From Octopus vulgaris (Eukaryota), in NCBI GenBank assembly GCA_951406725.2, contig OX597822.1:97712001-97776000 (forward strand): a DNA stretch of 64,000 bases, read 5' to 3'. The position numbers and the translations under genes are program-made. Under the pieces are notes generated by a model. It searched no databases. It was given only the letters and a program-made list of their open reading frames with translations, and had not been told where the DNA came from. Each line of letters opens with the position of its first letter. Position 1 is the first letter of the stretch. Below are positions 37,663 through 50,603 of this stretch, piece by piece.

Positions 37663-39482
37663 TATAAAATTTCCTATTTTCAGACCTGTGCTCCAAACTT
37701 GTATCTACGACTGTAATATATTTTTGATTTTTCTCTTTTATTTGTTGCAGTCATTAGACTGCGGTCATGCTGGGACTCCCGCGTTGAATTTTTAATGTTT
37801 TCATTTATATTTTTGTATAGAATACTCGTTCATGTAAGAGACTCATACTGGAAGGGATAGGATAACAAAATATGGATAAGGTGCAGGCTTTGCAACGGCG
37901 TGGTTTCGGGTTTCAGTGTGTGACACCATCAGCAAGTGCCTTCTACTATTATCTATCTTGCGAGCGAATAAGCTAGATGGAAACCGGTTTACTGGTGGAT
38001 GGTTTATTTTTCCCTATACCATAGCACCGCTCAACCGGTGGGAAGCATCTGCACTAAAGTACGACGATTTATTTTTATCCGACGATCAAGTGACGAAACT
38101 TTACAAGACAAGACGCCATTATCGTTGGCCAAGAAGGCTTTTCGTGAAATTTCTCATGTGAGCTATCTACAATGCATATGTTATATGCCAGTCCCTTTAT
38201 CCTGAGAAGGCCAAGAAGTACACATTCCACACTGGATCAGTAAAGTGTGGGAGTTGTCGGTGAGTTTCGCACGAAAGCTGTTCGCAGAGCTCGCGATCGA
38301 GAAGTCCCTGTTCGACTCCAAAACGTAGGCCGCCATCATCCACACATTCCAGAGGATGGGTCTATAAACACTGTGTGTTGTATGTGAAACCCCAGTGTTC
38401 CTTACAGGGATTATCTAGTCAAAGTAGTCAAATAGGCCACCTGTTGCCAAGAATGCAAGGTTCATCTCTACGTCAAAAGGGTGTCAACATGCTGGACCGA
38501 TTGGCATACCAAGGTGGAATATTGGCACTAGGGGTCAGGTAGGCATCTCTGTTGTATATTTGTGTTGTCAGACTGTTATTGGCATTGAAATTTTTGTCTT
38601 GAGAGCTATAATTGATACTAACCCAGTTTTCAGCTTATTTTGCTCAGGAAGCCAGGTATATGGTCAAATAAGGTTCAGGAGGTCAGGGTTCAAAGGGTTA
38701 AGATAGTTTTCAGGAAGGGTCAAGAGGATACAGTACGTGTGACAAATAAAAAAAAATCTACTTGCTACGCTTCTATACAACTTTTGTCAATCTAGTTTTA
38801 CTCACAAGGTATGGGTCAACTCGAAGTTATCGAAAAATGACAGTAACCCAATATGCTACGCAGTGAGATCGAACCCAAGATCTCATGGATGCAAGGCGAA
38901 CTTAACCATTCGGCCATACTACATCTGCTAGGGATTTTGTGGTGCACAGATAAATACATAGAGGCGTTAACAAATGGGTCATAGGTTCGATTTCATTTAA
39001 GTTCACACTTATTAATTTCCTCTGTATCCCCGTATATCTGTCACCTGACTAGCAAAAAAAAAAAGAAGAAAAATACTGGGTTCGAATCTCATCAGTTGAC
39101 CTGTTATTCATTTGTGTCGATTTAATAGCTTACGATGTCAAGTATCATTAATACTAAAATATGTCATGAACTTATAATTAATTTATTTTTAACAGTTTAG
39201 TCCGGATGAAAGGGCTCTGTTTGTGACCTTTGTTATGAACATTTGACCTCATCAGCATCATCGCAAATGGTGAGATCGTTGCTATTGATATCGATCGATG
39301 ACTGCATGAAAAAAAAAATATGGGTGGGTATGAATTTCAAATGCTTTATGTTCTGGGGAGGAAGGATTGTATTAATTGTTATAGAAGTGTTGGTTGTATG
39401 GATGGTAATGGAAACAATATGGATGGCTAAAGGAGAAGAAATGAGTACATAGCTTGTCCTGCAGAACAGAGGCCATTATATC

Positions 39483-39714
39483 TATTTCTTTACTGCCCAC
39501 AAGGGGCTAAACATAGAGGGGACAAACAAGGACAGACAAACAGATTAAGTCGATTATATAGACCCCAGTGCGTAACTGGTACTTATTTAATCGACCCCGA
39601 AAGGATGAAAGGCAAAGTCGACTTCGGCGGAATTCGAACTCAGAACGTAACGGCAGACGAAATACCGCTAAACATTTCGTCCAGCTTGCTAACGATCTTG
39701 GCAGCTCACCGCCC
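39483..39714 (-). mobile_element. Nin-like SINE B (long tail)
   Basis: 15-bp TSD agaggccattatatc (39468-39482 and 39718-39732). Confidence 0.9.
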
Positions 39715-40399
39715 TTAAGAGGCCATTATATCAGTTGTTGAAAGGATAACGTGAAGAGACAACACAAACAAAAACAAAGAAAAAACAATTATGCAAACAA
39801 GAGCACTCAGAGAGCGCAAACCTCCGCCAAGGCAACACCAACGTCCTCGATATTTTTTGCCCACAAGGGGCTAAATATAGAAGTTATGCATTACAAAGAC
39901 AATACAAAACATATAATCGGGGAAAAGAAATCGAGCAAGCAAGAAAAAAAAAAAACGAATGAAATTATGGTGCTTCGAGTGTGGTGAAAAAGACCACCCC
40001 AGGGTGGACTGTAAAACCAAGGAAACAGAGAAAAAGAAGGAAGAAACCGAGAAGAAACAAGTAGTGATTGAATCTGTATCGCAGGAATAATGAACAGCAA
40101 TACCAGAAAAGGGGGAAGAGTGGTCTCTTGTTCAGAACAAGAAGAAAATAAAAAAGCTACCTTCCCCCGAAAAAGAAAAAAAGATAAAGCTGAGACACGT
40201 TTAATTAAAAAAAGCAAAAAAAAAAAAAAAAAATCGGAGAAGAAAAAAGATGAGGACAGTTGCTACATGGCGGTTCGCGTCTCGAATAGGGACCTGGTGA
40301 ACTGCCTGACAACTCTCCATGTAGAAAAAATAGAGACTGAGAACAAAAAAAAAAAAAGATGGTATAGAAATTTATAAAACTACTAACAAAATACACAGA

Positions 40400-43300
40400 A
40401 TATTAGCTAATGACTTTAGGAAAGGTGTTGGCTGCCCCAGGCTGGATGTTACCACTAAGATATATGGGACCTCATCGCTGCGACACCACGATCCCAGGAG
40501 AAAGGAGATGAGACGGGTCCCCTACCTCTTGACACCAATTAAAAAGGTAAGTCTCTATGGCTGTTCATGTTGGATGCATAAATGTGCGTGGCCTGGCGTC
40601 GAGCTGGAAACAAGGGCATTTCCTAAATGACGTCAGGTCACAAAGCTTAGATGTTATTGTTGCTACTGAAACTCGGTTAAAAGGGCCAAGAGATCTGCTG
40701 CCGCTTCTGAAAGAATTCAGTTCTGCAGGCCGGCCAAGGGGCGGGGTGTTGGTCCTACGTAAAAGAAACCGAGTTTCATAGAAAAAGTTAATTTTTTCTG
40801 AGCTAGAAGGTAGGCTGGTCGTCTTAGACCTGATGTTCAGTTGTGGTAAGGAAATCAAGCTGGTCGCTGTTTATGCACCCAAGTCGAGTTAGACTGATTT
40901 TTATCGAGAGTTGGAGAAATTTCTAGGTACGTCACGTTCACTAGTTGTGTTAAGAGAATTTAACACTATTCTCGATGCGCGCGTGGAAAGTTTTGGCTCT
41001 AATTATGATCGGAAACCTAATTTTGGCTTCCGGGATCAACTAAGTCGCTTTCAGCTAGTAGATCCCTACAGACTAGAATTCCTGGACGCTCCATTGTGGA
41101 CATGATCAAATAGCGACGGGTCTTCTAGGTCTTACAAAGGTAGGATTCTTATTAGAAAACTAGATAAAGACATAGTTACGTGTCCAAAATTTCACCTGGT
41201 CAGTTACGGTGACCATAATATAGTCACATGTAAACTGTACCTAGATAAGCTATGTAGTAAGGGTTCCGGCTACTGGAAACTCAACAAGTCCCTTTTGGCG
41301 ATTGAGGAGTACAGAAGCCGGATTAAGTTATTAATACAGAGGGCGTTGACCGGTTCCATTATTAACAACAAATTGTGATTTGCCCTCAAAATAACCATTA
41401 AATTTGAGTCTATTAGATATAGTATAGGTTTAGTGGGTAGAAGGCGTAAGAAAGAAACTGAATTAGTTAAGGCCCTAGAGGAAGCCATGAGAACTGGCGA
41501 CGCATTCCGAGTGAGGGCGAAGAGACTAGAGTTAAACCAGTACCTCGAAGCTAAACACATGGGGTGTATCATCAGAGCTAGACTTCATGCAATGGGGAGC
41601 GAGGGAATCAAGGCCGCTGGATGGGCGCGTGTTGTAGAAGCTCAACGCGGAAATGATTCCATAATTCGATCTTTGGTGAATTCACAAGGTGATTTGATAA
41701 ACGAACCTGAGGATATGTGTCAGACCTTTCAGGAGCACTTCGCCTAGCTTTTCGGGGGAAGCGATAGACTGGATAGTAGGATAGGCCTTACGGACTTCCT
41801 CGCCGGGTAACCGCGCCTTTCGGGGCAGGACGCGGAGAGCTGTGAAGGGTCGATCACATCTGAGGAGGTGATTGGGGCCATAGCGGACTGCGGCGGTTGT
41901 AAGGCGCCGGGACACGATGGTCTACCGTACGAGCTATATAAAAGTATGCCAGACTTGTTCGGGTACCTACTGGCTAGCGTTTACGCGAACTGGCAACAGT
42001 TTATTTCCAGAGTTGTACGCTGGGGAGCAGTGACGCTGGTCAGGAAGGATGCGGTCAAAGGGAATAATATAGATAATTTTAGGCCGATCACTCTACTGAA
42101 CGCAGAGATGAAGATTTTGGCCAAGGTGCTAGCAAAAAGATTGACGCGTGTCGCGGATGGCTTGATAGGGGAAGCACAAACGTGTGCAGTCCCTGGCAGA
42201 ACCATCTAGGATAATCATCTTATACGCTACACTGTAGAAGGGTATGGTAATAATTCTGGCAAAGGTGGGTCACTGGTCCATTTAGACCAAGCTAAAGCAT
42301 TTGATAGGGTAGATCATTAATACCTGTTTTATGTACTCGCGCAGTTCGGACTGGGTCTTGGTTTCCTCAAGTGGATTATACAGTTGTACGACAATATCGA
42401 CTCAATCATTCTGGCGAACGGCTTTTTATCGAAGCCGTTCTGCATCAAATAGTCAGTTCGCCAAGGGTGTCAGCGCTCTCCGCTTTTGTACGTGATGGCC
42501 CTCGAGCCATTACTGCGAAAGCTGAGCGGCATCCCGACGAATCCAGGAGGTGGAGGATCGGTTACAGCGTACGCGGATGACATCACTATCATCGTGACCA
42601 AGATGGAACACCAACAGAAAGTAGGCGAAACCATTAAGGTTTACGAGACGGTGGTAGGAGCAAAAATTAACCGGGAAAAGTTGGTCGGCTTGCAAATCGG
42701 AACCTGGAGGGGCAAGTCGATGCCTTCGAATAGCGTCGTGGGACGCTGGACGGAGGGTCCGGTTAAGTTGCTAGGAATCTGGTTTGGTCCAGATCTCCAA
42801 ATAGAAAGAACTAGGCCGAGATATCGGGCAAGGTGACCCACATAGTCAAAACCTGGTCTTGGTGGTGGATATCCTTGAAAGGGAGGATGGAGGTGGCCAA
42901 TGTGTTTATCGCATCGGTCAACGTTTACTGTCTTTCCGTCGTTCCTTGTCCAGATTCGTGGTTAAGCAATTTGGAAAGGTTTTTTGGGGAAGAACAACGC
43001 TCCACTTGAAAGACGTTCTATTTGCTGTCAAAAGCCGTTAAAAGGTGGGTTAGGAATGCCTGGCTGTTGATGCGCAATCATACATGAGGTTGAGGCACCT
43101 CTGGCTCTATCTGAATGGTGAATGGGTGTGGTCTCCTCTCGCTAGACGGATGTTCCCCAGTTTTACTAGTTTTGGTGGTGGAGAAAACTGGTTTCGTCGA
43201 AGTCGAGGTTGGGTACCTGGTATACGGAGTGCCGTAAGGCTCTTCTCCACTTCCGCAACTCGGGTAATGCCAGCGGTTTCGGTACCACCGCGGCTTACTA

Positions 43301-44370
43301 TAGTAGGTTGGTAGAGGCAGGAAATGATGATGCCCTGGGAAGGACCCTGGGTCTCGACGATAATCAGTTAGACAGCCTGTTCCGAAGAACATTCGGGCCG
43401 AAGACACATGATAACTTCCAAAAGTCTTTGGCCTGGTAGTGTCACCGAGGAGCCCTACCTGTTCGGAATAAGCTCATCAGACACGGCCATCGTGGGGCGT
43501 CGGCTTGTCCAAGATGCGAGCGGGACGTGGAAACCGTCCTGTACGCTATTGTTCAGTGTCCGAGAATTTGAGAAATGTGGGTTTATGCAGAACACATGTT
43601 GTCAGATGGAAGAAGAGTACAGCTAACGCCTGAGTCAATTCTAAAAATTAACCCGCTGGATTTCCTTACGGAAGAAGGTAAGAATTGTTTTCTCGTAGTA
43701 GTACCAATTGCGAGAGAGGTGATATGGAAGTCAAGGATGAAAGGGATTGTGACAGAGAAGCTTCGTCTCCGGCCTCGCCCTGGTGAATGTTTTTACCTTT
43801 CACCTTAAAAGGAAGGTGGGGCTGGAAAGGAGGTGCCTGTCAGTGCGTGTGTTCAATAAAAGATCAACGCGTATGTTGGGAGTGAAAGGCCCTGCGTGAA
43901 CATGTCAGAAAGATTACCAAGGGGTCGGTATTAATGATAAGGCGGCGAGCTGGCAGAAACGTTAGCACGCCGGGCGAAATGCTTAGCGGTATTTCGTCTG
44001 CGTTACGTTGTGAGTTCAAATTCCGCCGAGGTCGACTTTGCCTTTCATCCTTTCGGGGTCGATAAATTAAGTACCAGTTACGCACTGGGGTCGATGTAAT
44101 CGACTTAATACCTATGTCTGTCCTTGTTTGTCCCCTCTGTGTTTAGCCCCTTGTGGGTAATAAAGAAATAGGTATTAATGATAGGGCTCATGGGGTCGGA
44201 GCTTACCTGTTTTTAATGCCTCATTGTGTTATTTTTGTACATGTAAATGTTTTTTGTGTTGCATTCGTTAATCATCTGTTATTGTAAATGTTTAAACCCA
44301 TACAATTATATATGACACCGTTCATATTGCGTTGTCCCCTTCTTTATGCGCCTGTATGGGCAATAATAAA
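40400..44370 (+). mobile_element. Second decayed Tx1/L1-clade LINE (end of ORF1 plus ORF2)
   Basis: MAVHVGCINVRGLASSWKQG, GYWKLN, KAPGHDGLPYE, FRPITLLN, DQAKAFDRV, AYADD. Paralogous to, but diverged from, 32027-35400. 3' end gtccccttct...tgggcaataataaag. Confidence 0.9.
43941..44170 (+). mobile_element. Young Nin-like SINE B inserted in the LINE 3' region
   Basis: Perfect 13-bp TSD ggtattaatgata (43927-43939 and 44171-44183). Confidence 0.92.
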
Positions 44371-46063
44371 GCCAAACATCCCTGAAAGTTTCATCCGAAT
44401 CCATCCAGCGGTTCTCGAGATATCTTGTCTACAGACAAACAAACACGACTAAAAACAATACCTCCACCTTAGCGAAGGTAATAAATACTGTAACTTGTTT
44501 AATTCAGCATTACGGTCTTCTTTCACCTTAGAAGTCCTTCAAGAAAGTTCCAAGTATTATCTAGAGTCAACAGCGACGAAGAGAGAGAAAGAGAGATAGA
44601 GAAATCCTTACCACCTTTTGTATTGTTTAGTCAAAGGGCAGCATCTTATAGCTCCTTTTAGGGCTTCCCCTGATTCGTTAGTGGAAGATTGAAGTTTATC
44701 CACAGACCAGCGATACGGTCAAAATACTTGCAACGGAGCAGACTCAGCTAAAAGCACTGAAAGTGTAGATGGTGGCGTCGAAGGAAAGGAAACATTAATT
44801 ATTATTAAAGGATGGATGCTTCCTGCTGGTTTCCGTTGACTGAATTTCGTTTAAAAGATTTTGGTCGACAAGATTATACCAAATCTGCATCCTTGCATCA
44901 TCCTAAAAAAACCCCCAAATCCCCCCCCCCCCCCAAAAAAAAAACCCTTCACGAGTGAAGGACTCAAAGGACACCCCACCTTAGGCACAATAGGATTAAT
45001 GGAAGACTAATGCGTTTGACTAAAATTACAAAGTTCTATACTTTAAGCGAGAAGAACTGGTTTGCTGTCTGCTGTGATTAACTTTCCCAGCATCATTAGC
45101 AGTTTGGGAATATGGGATTGCTTTGGAATATATATGAGTAACAAATTGAAGAAATTTCATCATGGTCGGCGTTCCTGTAGATGTTTCGAAACAATCTTCT
45201 CGCATACGATTTTGGAAGGGAAGACTAGAAGAGAATGATCCGCCAACGTCAGATATGAAAGTAGAATCAATAGCAAAATTTTCTCAAAGTGTTCAGAGTC
45301 AACATAGAACGTGCGAGTAGAAATATCTTAGAAATTTTTGTTGAATTTGGCATCATTATAAATACTTGAAGGAAACAAAGGGCATAATGGGAAAATTGCT
45401 TTTGGTGAATGCAGAACTGTTCAACATAAGTCAACTGCAGGTTTTATTCAATTTTGGATTTCCCCTTGTCCAGAGAAATAATGAAATAACACAAATAATA
45501 TATACAATTGCATTAAAAAGTGAAATGGCTTTATGCAGATAAAAAATATTAATAGTTTGTATAAAGTGACAGATTTGCAGCTCAAATGAAAACCAGACAT
45601 CGCTGTTTGGGAAGTTGGAGGATCAAGTCTTGCTCAACTGTGAACACTATACAAATACTAAGTTCTTTTGACTTAGCAGGAACAAAATTTGTGATCCCTT
45701 TGCAAGAAAAAAGTAGTAATGCTTATAGCAGTTCATGTATTTTTCACAAGAGCGTTATGGGTGCCAATTCCAGTATGAAGTGAAATCACTCCAATTATGG
45801 TGCTGATATCCTTGAGAGGTAAATGAACTCTGCATAATACCCACATCCTATCTTAAAAAATATTTAGTTATAAAATTCTGGAAATATTCGAAATATCCTG
45901 GGTGTTGGAATGGATGCATGGTTTTAACAAGTTCGCTTCGTAACGATGTGGTTCCGGGTTTTTCTCCCATTCTACAACAGCCTGGGCCAGAAGGGTAAAA
46001 AACATGTAACATTCAAATACAATTATCTTGCAGTCTTTATGTCAGACCGAATAATTCGCTTTT

Positions 46064-46439
46064 GTGGAGGCGCAATGGTCCAGTGGTTAGGGCAGCGGAC
46101 TCGCGGTCGTAGGATCGCGGTTTCGATTCCCAGACCGGGCATTGTGAGTGTTTACTGAGCGAAAACACCTAAAGCTTCACAAGGCTCCTGCAGGGGGTGG
46201 TGGTGAACCCTGCTGTACTGTTTCACCACAACTTTCTCTCACTCTTTCTTCCTGTTTCTGTTGTACCTGTATTTCAAAGGGCCGGTCTTGTCACACTCTG
46301 AATCTCCTCGAGAACTATGTTAAGGGTACACGTGTCTGTGGAATGCTCAGCTACTTGTACTTTAATTCCACGAGCAAGCTGTTCCGTTGATCGTATCAGC
46401 TGGGACCCTCATCGTCGTAACCGACGGAGTGCTCCTACC
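46064..46439 (+). mobile_element. tRNA-Arg(TCG)-derived SINE family C, tail variant 1 (resembles octopus OR-type SINEs)
   Basis: A box tggtccagtgg, anticodon arm gcggac-TCG-cggtcgt, B box gtttcgattcc. 12-bp TSD taattcgctttt. Confidence 0.9.
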
Positions 46440-46659
46440 TAATTCGCTTTTATGCTAATAGGCAAAGTGGCCTTAGCGGAATTTGAACTCACTTGGCATT
46501 TCGTATTTTACGAGAACGAGAAATAACTACCTATCGATTAAAAATGCTTGAAGGCAATGCTCCAGCGTGGCCACAGTCAAATGACTGAATCCATTAATAG
46601 GACAATAGTTAACATTATTTATACAAGAATTTCTCTTGCCGCACGATACACTTATTTGA

Positions 46660-47530
46660 TGATAACGGGAATAAAATAATCTGATTTAAGCACAAGATTA
46701 GAAGTCTTGGGACAACGAATTGTTGATTAAATGAAATCCGTTCGATAGCGGGTGCATTTTAACATCTACCCGCTCTTAATGATGAACTGTGAAAGTCAAC
46801 CTCGAGCGAAGGGTTTTAACGTATGTAAAAGGGACGTAACTAAATAGCGCCAGGCATTTGTCTGATGCACTATCGGTTTAAAGAGGGCTCGCAGTAAATT
46901 TATGATTCTAATTATGGCACAAGGCTAGCAATTTTGATGGGACGGGTGGGGATTGATCCCAGCGATCCCAGTGGGATTTATTTTATTGGTCCCGAAAGGC
47001 AAAGTCAACCTCGGCAGAACTTGAATTCAGAATATAAAGAGACGGAACAAATACCACAAGGCATTTTTTCTGACACTCCAACGATTTTGCTAATCCACCG
47101 CTATAATAATAGTAATAATAATAATACTTCTAATTTTGGCATAAGCCCGCAATTTAAGGGCAGGGGGCAAGTCGATTACATTATCTCCAGTACTTGACTG
47201 GTAATTTATCGGGTCTGAATGGATGAAAGGCAAAGTTGACCTGGTAACTTACAGAATCGGAAGAACTACCGCTAAATATTATGCTCGATGATCTAACGAT
47301 TTTACCAGCTTTCTAATTTCGGAACAAAGCCAGCAAATTTAAGGGTCGGGTGGGGATAAGGCGATTACATCTACTTTAATGTTAAACTGGTATTTATTTT
47401 ACCGATCCCGAAAGATAATAGGTAAAGTGGATCTTAGCAGAATTTGAACTCTAACTGTAAAGTGTCGGAAAGAATGCCGCTAAGTACTATTTTGTTTGCG
47501 CGCTAACGATTCAATCATTTCGCTGCCTTC
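46660..47530 (-). mobile_element. Cluster of old, degenerate SINE B copies
   Basis: Repeated gaaaggcaaagt...gaatttgaactc...ccgctaa...taacgatt motifs. Confidence 0.6.
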
Positions 47531-49278
47531 GTCTTAAACAAATTTCTCCACTATTTGCTTAGATTCCTGATCATGTAGATATATTACTTTATACATTAGA
47601 CACGCAGCCTGATTCTTTTAAAAGTAGGAGAAACTGGTGAGGGTTCGATATAGTTTTTATGATCCATTAAGCTTTAGAAAAACTCTAGAAGACATTAACG
47701 CCAATGTTAAAACTATTAGAAATATTTTGAAACCCACTTAGTGTACAAGATAGCGATTCAGGAGTCCATATTTCGTGAACAAGATTTTGTGCCCTTCCCC
47801 CGTCTCTGTCTGTTCTACATACGATACGGAACCTCTAAGCAGTTTACTGGAGACAAAAACAGGCAACGAATGTAGAGAAGTTTGGAACTTTCTGGAAATG
47901 TTATATCTAAGTATAATTATTTATTACAGAGAATTTCCTATATAATAATCCTTTCTACTATAGGTACAAGGCCTGAAATTTGAGGGGAAGAGTTAGTCGA
48001 TTACATTAAGCCCAGTGTTTAACTAGCGCATCTTTTATCGGCACCGGAAGCATGAAAAGCAAAGTTGACCTAGGCAGAATTTGAACACAGAAAGACAGAC
48101 AAAAAAGTGAAATATGGTTGTGAAATATTAACTCAGTTGTTTGGGTAGTGTTTTCTGTCATATATTGAACTAAGAAAAAACAAAAATAATACATATATAG
48201 TTAGTTAAGCTTAGAGCTGGAACGTCATGGAAAGCCTGAGAATAAACTTTTAATTGATTTCCAGAACAGAGATTGCGTTGAGATTTTAATTTTTCGGTGA
48301 GAGATTGTCAAAAAGATTTTTTTCATCCACACGACGCGACAATTTAAATGATTAAATCTCAACGAATTAGTGTTATCCAACTTGTAATCTTCCTACAATA
48401 AAATGTTATGTTTTAGGAACATAGTAGTGAAGTACCCACCAGTAAGTAAAAGCATATTATTAAATTTGCAGTTTTTTAATTGAAATTTCTAAAATGAAAC
48501 TTTACTCAGATGACCTAAAATTATTCAAATAATTCAGGAGTTAAAAATCCGAATGAAATTATTTTGTTGATTAAAAATATATGAAAAGTTAATTAGCGCT
48601 TGCAAGTATTTTTTAATTGCGGAGAAATAGACAAAGAAAATTTATCTTTGCAAATCAGAATTAGCTCTTGGACAATAGCAAACGCAGCATTCATAATTAA
48701 CAAAAGGAATGAGCAAGAACCTCATTTATCTTCCAGTAATTTAGAAAATATTTGCACTATTAAAAAAAAAAAAAATGCTCCTGCAACGATTTAAAAATTG
48801 AATAATTAGCATTAAAATAAACTGTCGATGTTTGAGAGTAAAATTTTCTGCAATTAGAGCATAAGAAAAATGTAATCGATATTATTCGTGGCAGGTAAAG
48901 TCTCAGTTTTAAAATGAATATTAAATATTTAGTCAAAAGATTTTAAAATTACACACAAAAAAAAAAAAAAAAATCACATAAAATTAATTTCCTGTGATTA
49001 TTTGAGATTTTCTCATCGACCTCAAAATTAAAAAAAAAATACTAGAGTCGGCAGAATTTCACTGGATTTCTAGGAGTTATTTAAGAAAACAACAATCTAT
49101 AGTAGTTATATATAGATTACTAGAATTGCTTGATAGTATAATATATATACAAAACAATTCATTTCTAGATAAAAATCAAACGTTAATCAATAAACAATAA
49201 AAATCTGATAACAGTTCAACATTACCGGAAAGTAAAAGTAAAAAAAAAAAAAAAATAAATATCCCTAAAATGTGAGAT

Positions 49279-49776
49279 TCAAGATTTTCGTGGTTTGCAT
49301 TCTATAGAATCACAATCCTTTCCGGTTTTCTTGCAAAATGTTTTATATTTTCGGGAGATGCGATTTACAGGAATTTCGTGAGTCGTAGCTTCGTTGGAAT
49401 ACTTTTCGGAAGACCTTTCCAGACCAGAAGTCAAACGTTTGTATTTGCCATGGTTCTCCTCTCTCCTAGCTTCAACCCTAAACCGCCGAAATCGCGAGTA
49501 GAGCACTCGCTTCTTGCATTCAGCCGAACACAGTGAAGAAGGACTACTATTTTCTTCAGAGTCACTGCTGCTCAGTCGAAAATTGACTTTTCTTCGACGT
49601 TTGAGGCGGGGTGCGCGAGGAATTTTATAAGGGATATTAATAGGTTTGGATTTAGTGTACGTCAAGGTTGTGACCTCCTTTTGCTTCGGGGGAAGTTTGG
49701 CTGATAAACAGAAATCGTCTGTAGAACGTTGGTTTTTATAAAAGGAAAATAATCTTGCAAATATTCCTCCCATCAT
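49279..49776 (-). CDS. Putative single-exon orphan protein, 165 aa, basic, with an N-terminal MG-amphipathic segment and an RVxF-type motif (RRKVNF)
   Basis: Non-repetitive ORF that is richer in GC and CpG than its very AT-rich flanks. In-frame TAA 15 nt upstream of ATGATGG. Second ATG is in a strong Kozak context. No TE motifs; promoter-like elements about 210-280 bp upstream. Confidence 0.6.
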   Translation of the reverse strand: MMGGIFARLFSFYKNQRSTDDFCLSAKLPPKQKEVTTLTYTKSKPINIPYKIPRAPRLKRRRKVNFRLSSSDSEENSSPSSLCSAECKKRVLYSRFRRFRVEARREENHGKYKRLTSGLERSSEKYSNEATTHEIPVNRISRKYKTFCKKTGKDCDSIECKPRKS

Positions 49777-49984
49777 AAAAGAATTATTTTATCGTCGACA
49801 ATACAATGGAAAATTCAGCATCCACCTGCTTATTGCTTTGTTTATATTGAAGACTGGTTATTTCTTCTTAGTTTTGATTGCTGTTAAATCAACCGTATTG
49901 GAAGAGTTAAAAAATGAGGTTTAAAAATTAACGAAAGACTTCCGATCTCAACAAAGCCTTCCGGAATAAAATACCTTTAATGAG

Positions 49985-50054
49985 TCTATAAATATAAATT
50001 CTTTCCTCGATTATGATTGGCCAAAATCTTTTTGGCTTAAATTAATTGATTGGG
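49985..50054 (-). promoter_or_regulatory. Tandem CCAAT boxes plus TATA-like element upstream of the 165-aa ORF
   Basis: Minus-strand CCAATCA at 50053 and 50020 (33 bp apart), then TATATTTATAG at about 49995-49985. Confidence 0.5.
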
Positions 50055-50309
50055 TGGATAGGATATTTAGCCGATAACTCAAAGCTCAATTACTTAGTAT
50101 ACAACGAAGCTGTTAATAAATATATAACAGTTAGGTTAAAGTCTAATGCATCAAATTAAAAAAGTTAAAAAAGTAAATAGTGAATATTGTAGGAGTGGAG
50201 CTATGCGCATAAGCAACCCAATATATCAATATATTACTAATACAACACACTCATATATACGCACGCATGGCTATATGCATATAAGCATGTGTATATGTAT
50301 ATATATATA

Positions 50310-50537
50310 TTTCTTTACTACCCACAAGGGGCTTAACACAGACGGGACAAATAAGGACAGACAAACGGATTAAGTCGATTACATCGACCCCAGTGAACTG
50401 GTACTTAATTTATCGACCCCGAAAGGATGAAAGGCAAAGTCGACCTCGGCGGAATTTGAACTCAGAACGTAGCGGCAGACAAAATACCGCTAAGCATTTC
50501 GCCCGGCATGCTAACGTTTCTGCCAGCTCGCCGCCTT
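50310..50537 (-). mobile_element. Nin-like SINE B (long tail)
   Basis: Reverse complement of 43941-44170. Confidence 0.9.
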
Positions 50538-50603
50538 CACATGTATATATACATGCATCTCTCTCTCTCTCTCTGTATGTCTGTCTGTCTCTCTTTCTCT
50601 CTG

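Noticed and set aside
46064-46140. tRNA-Arg(TCG) gene
   Set aside because: It continues into a SINE body with a TSD and has several diverged copies, so it is a SINE head.
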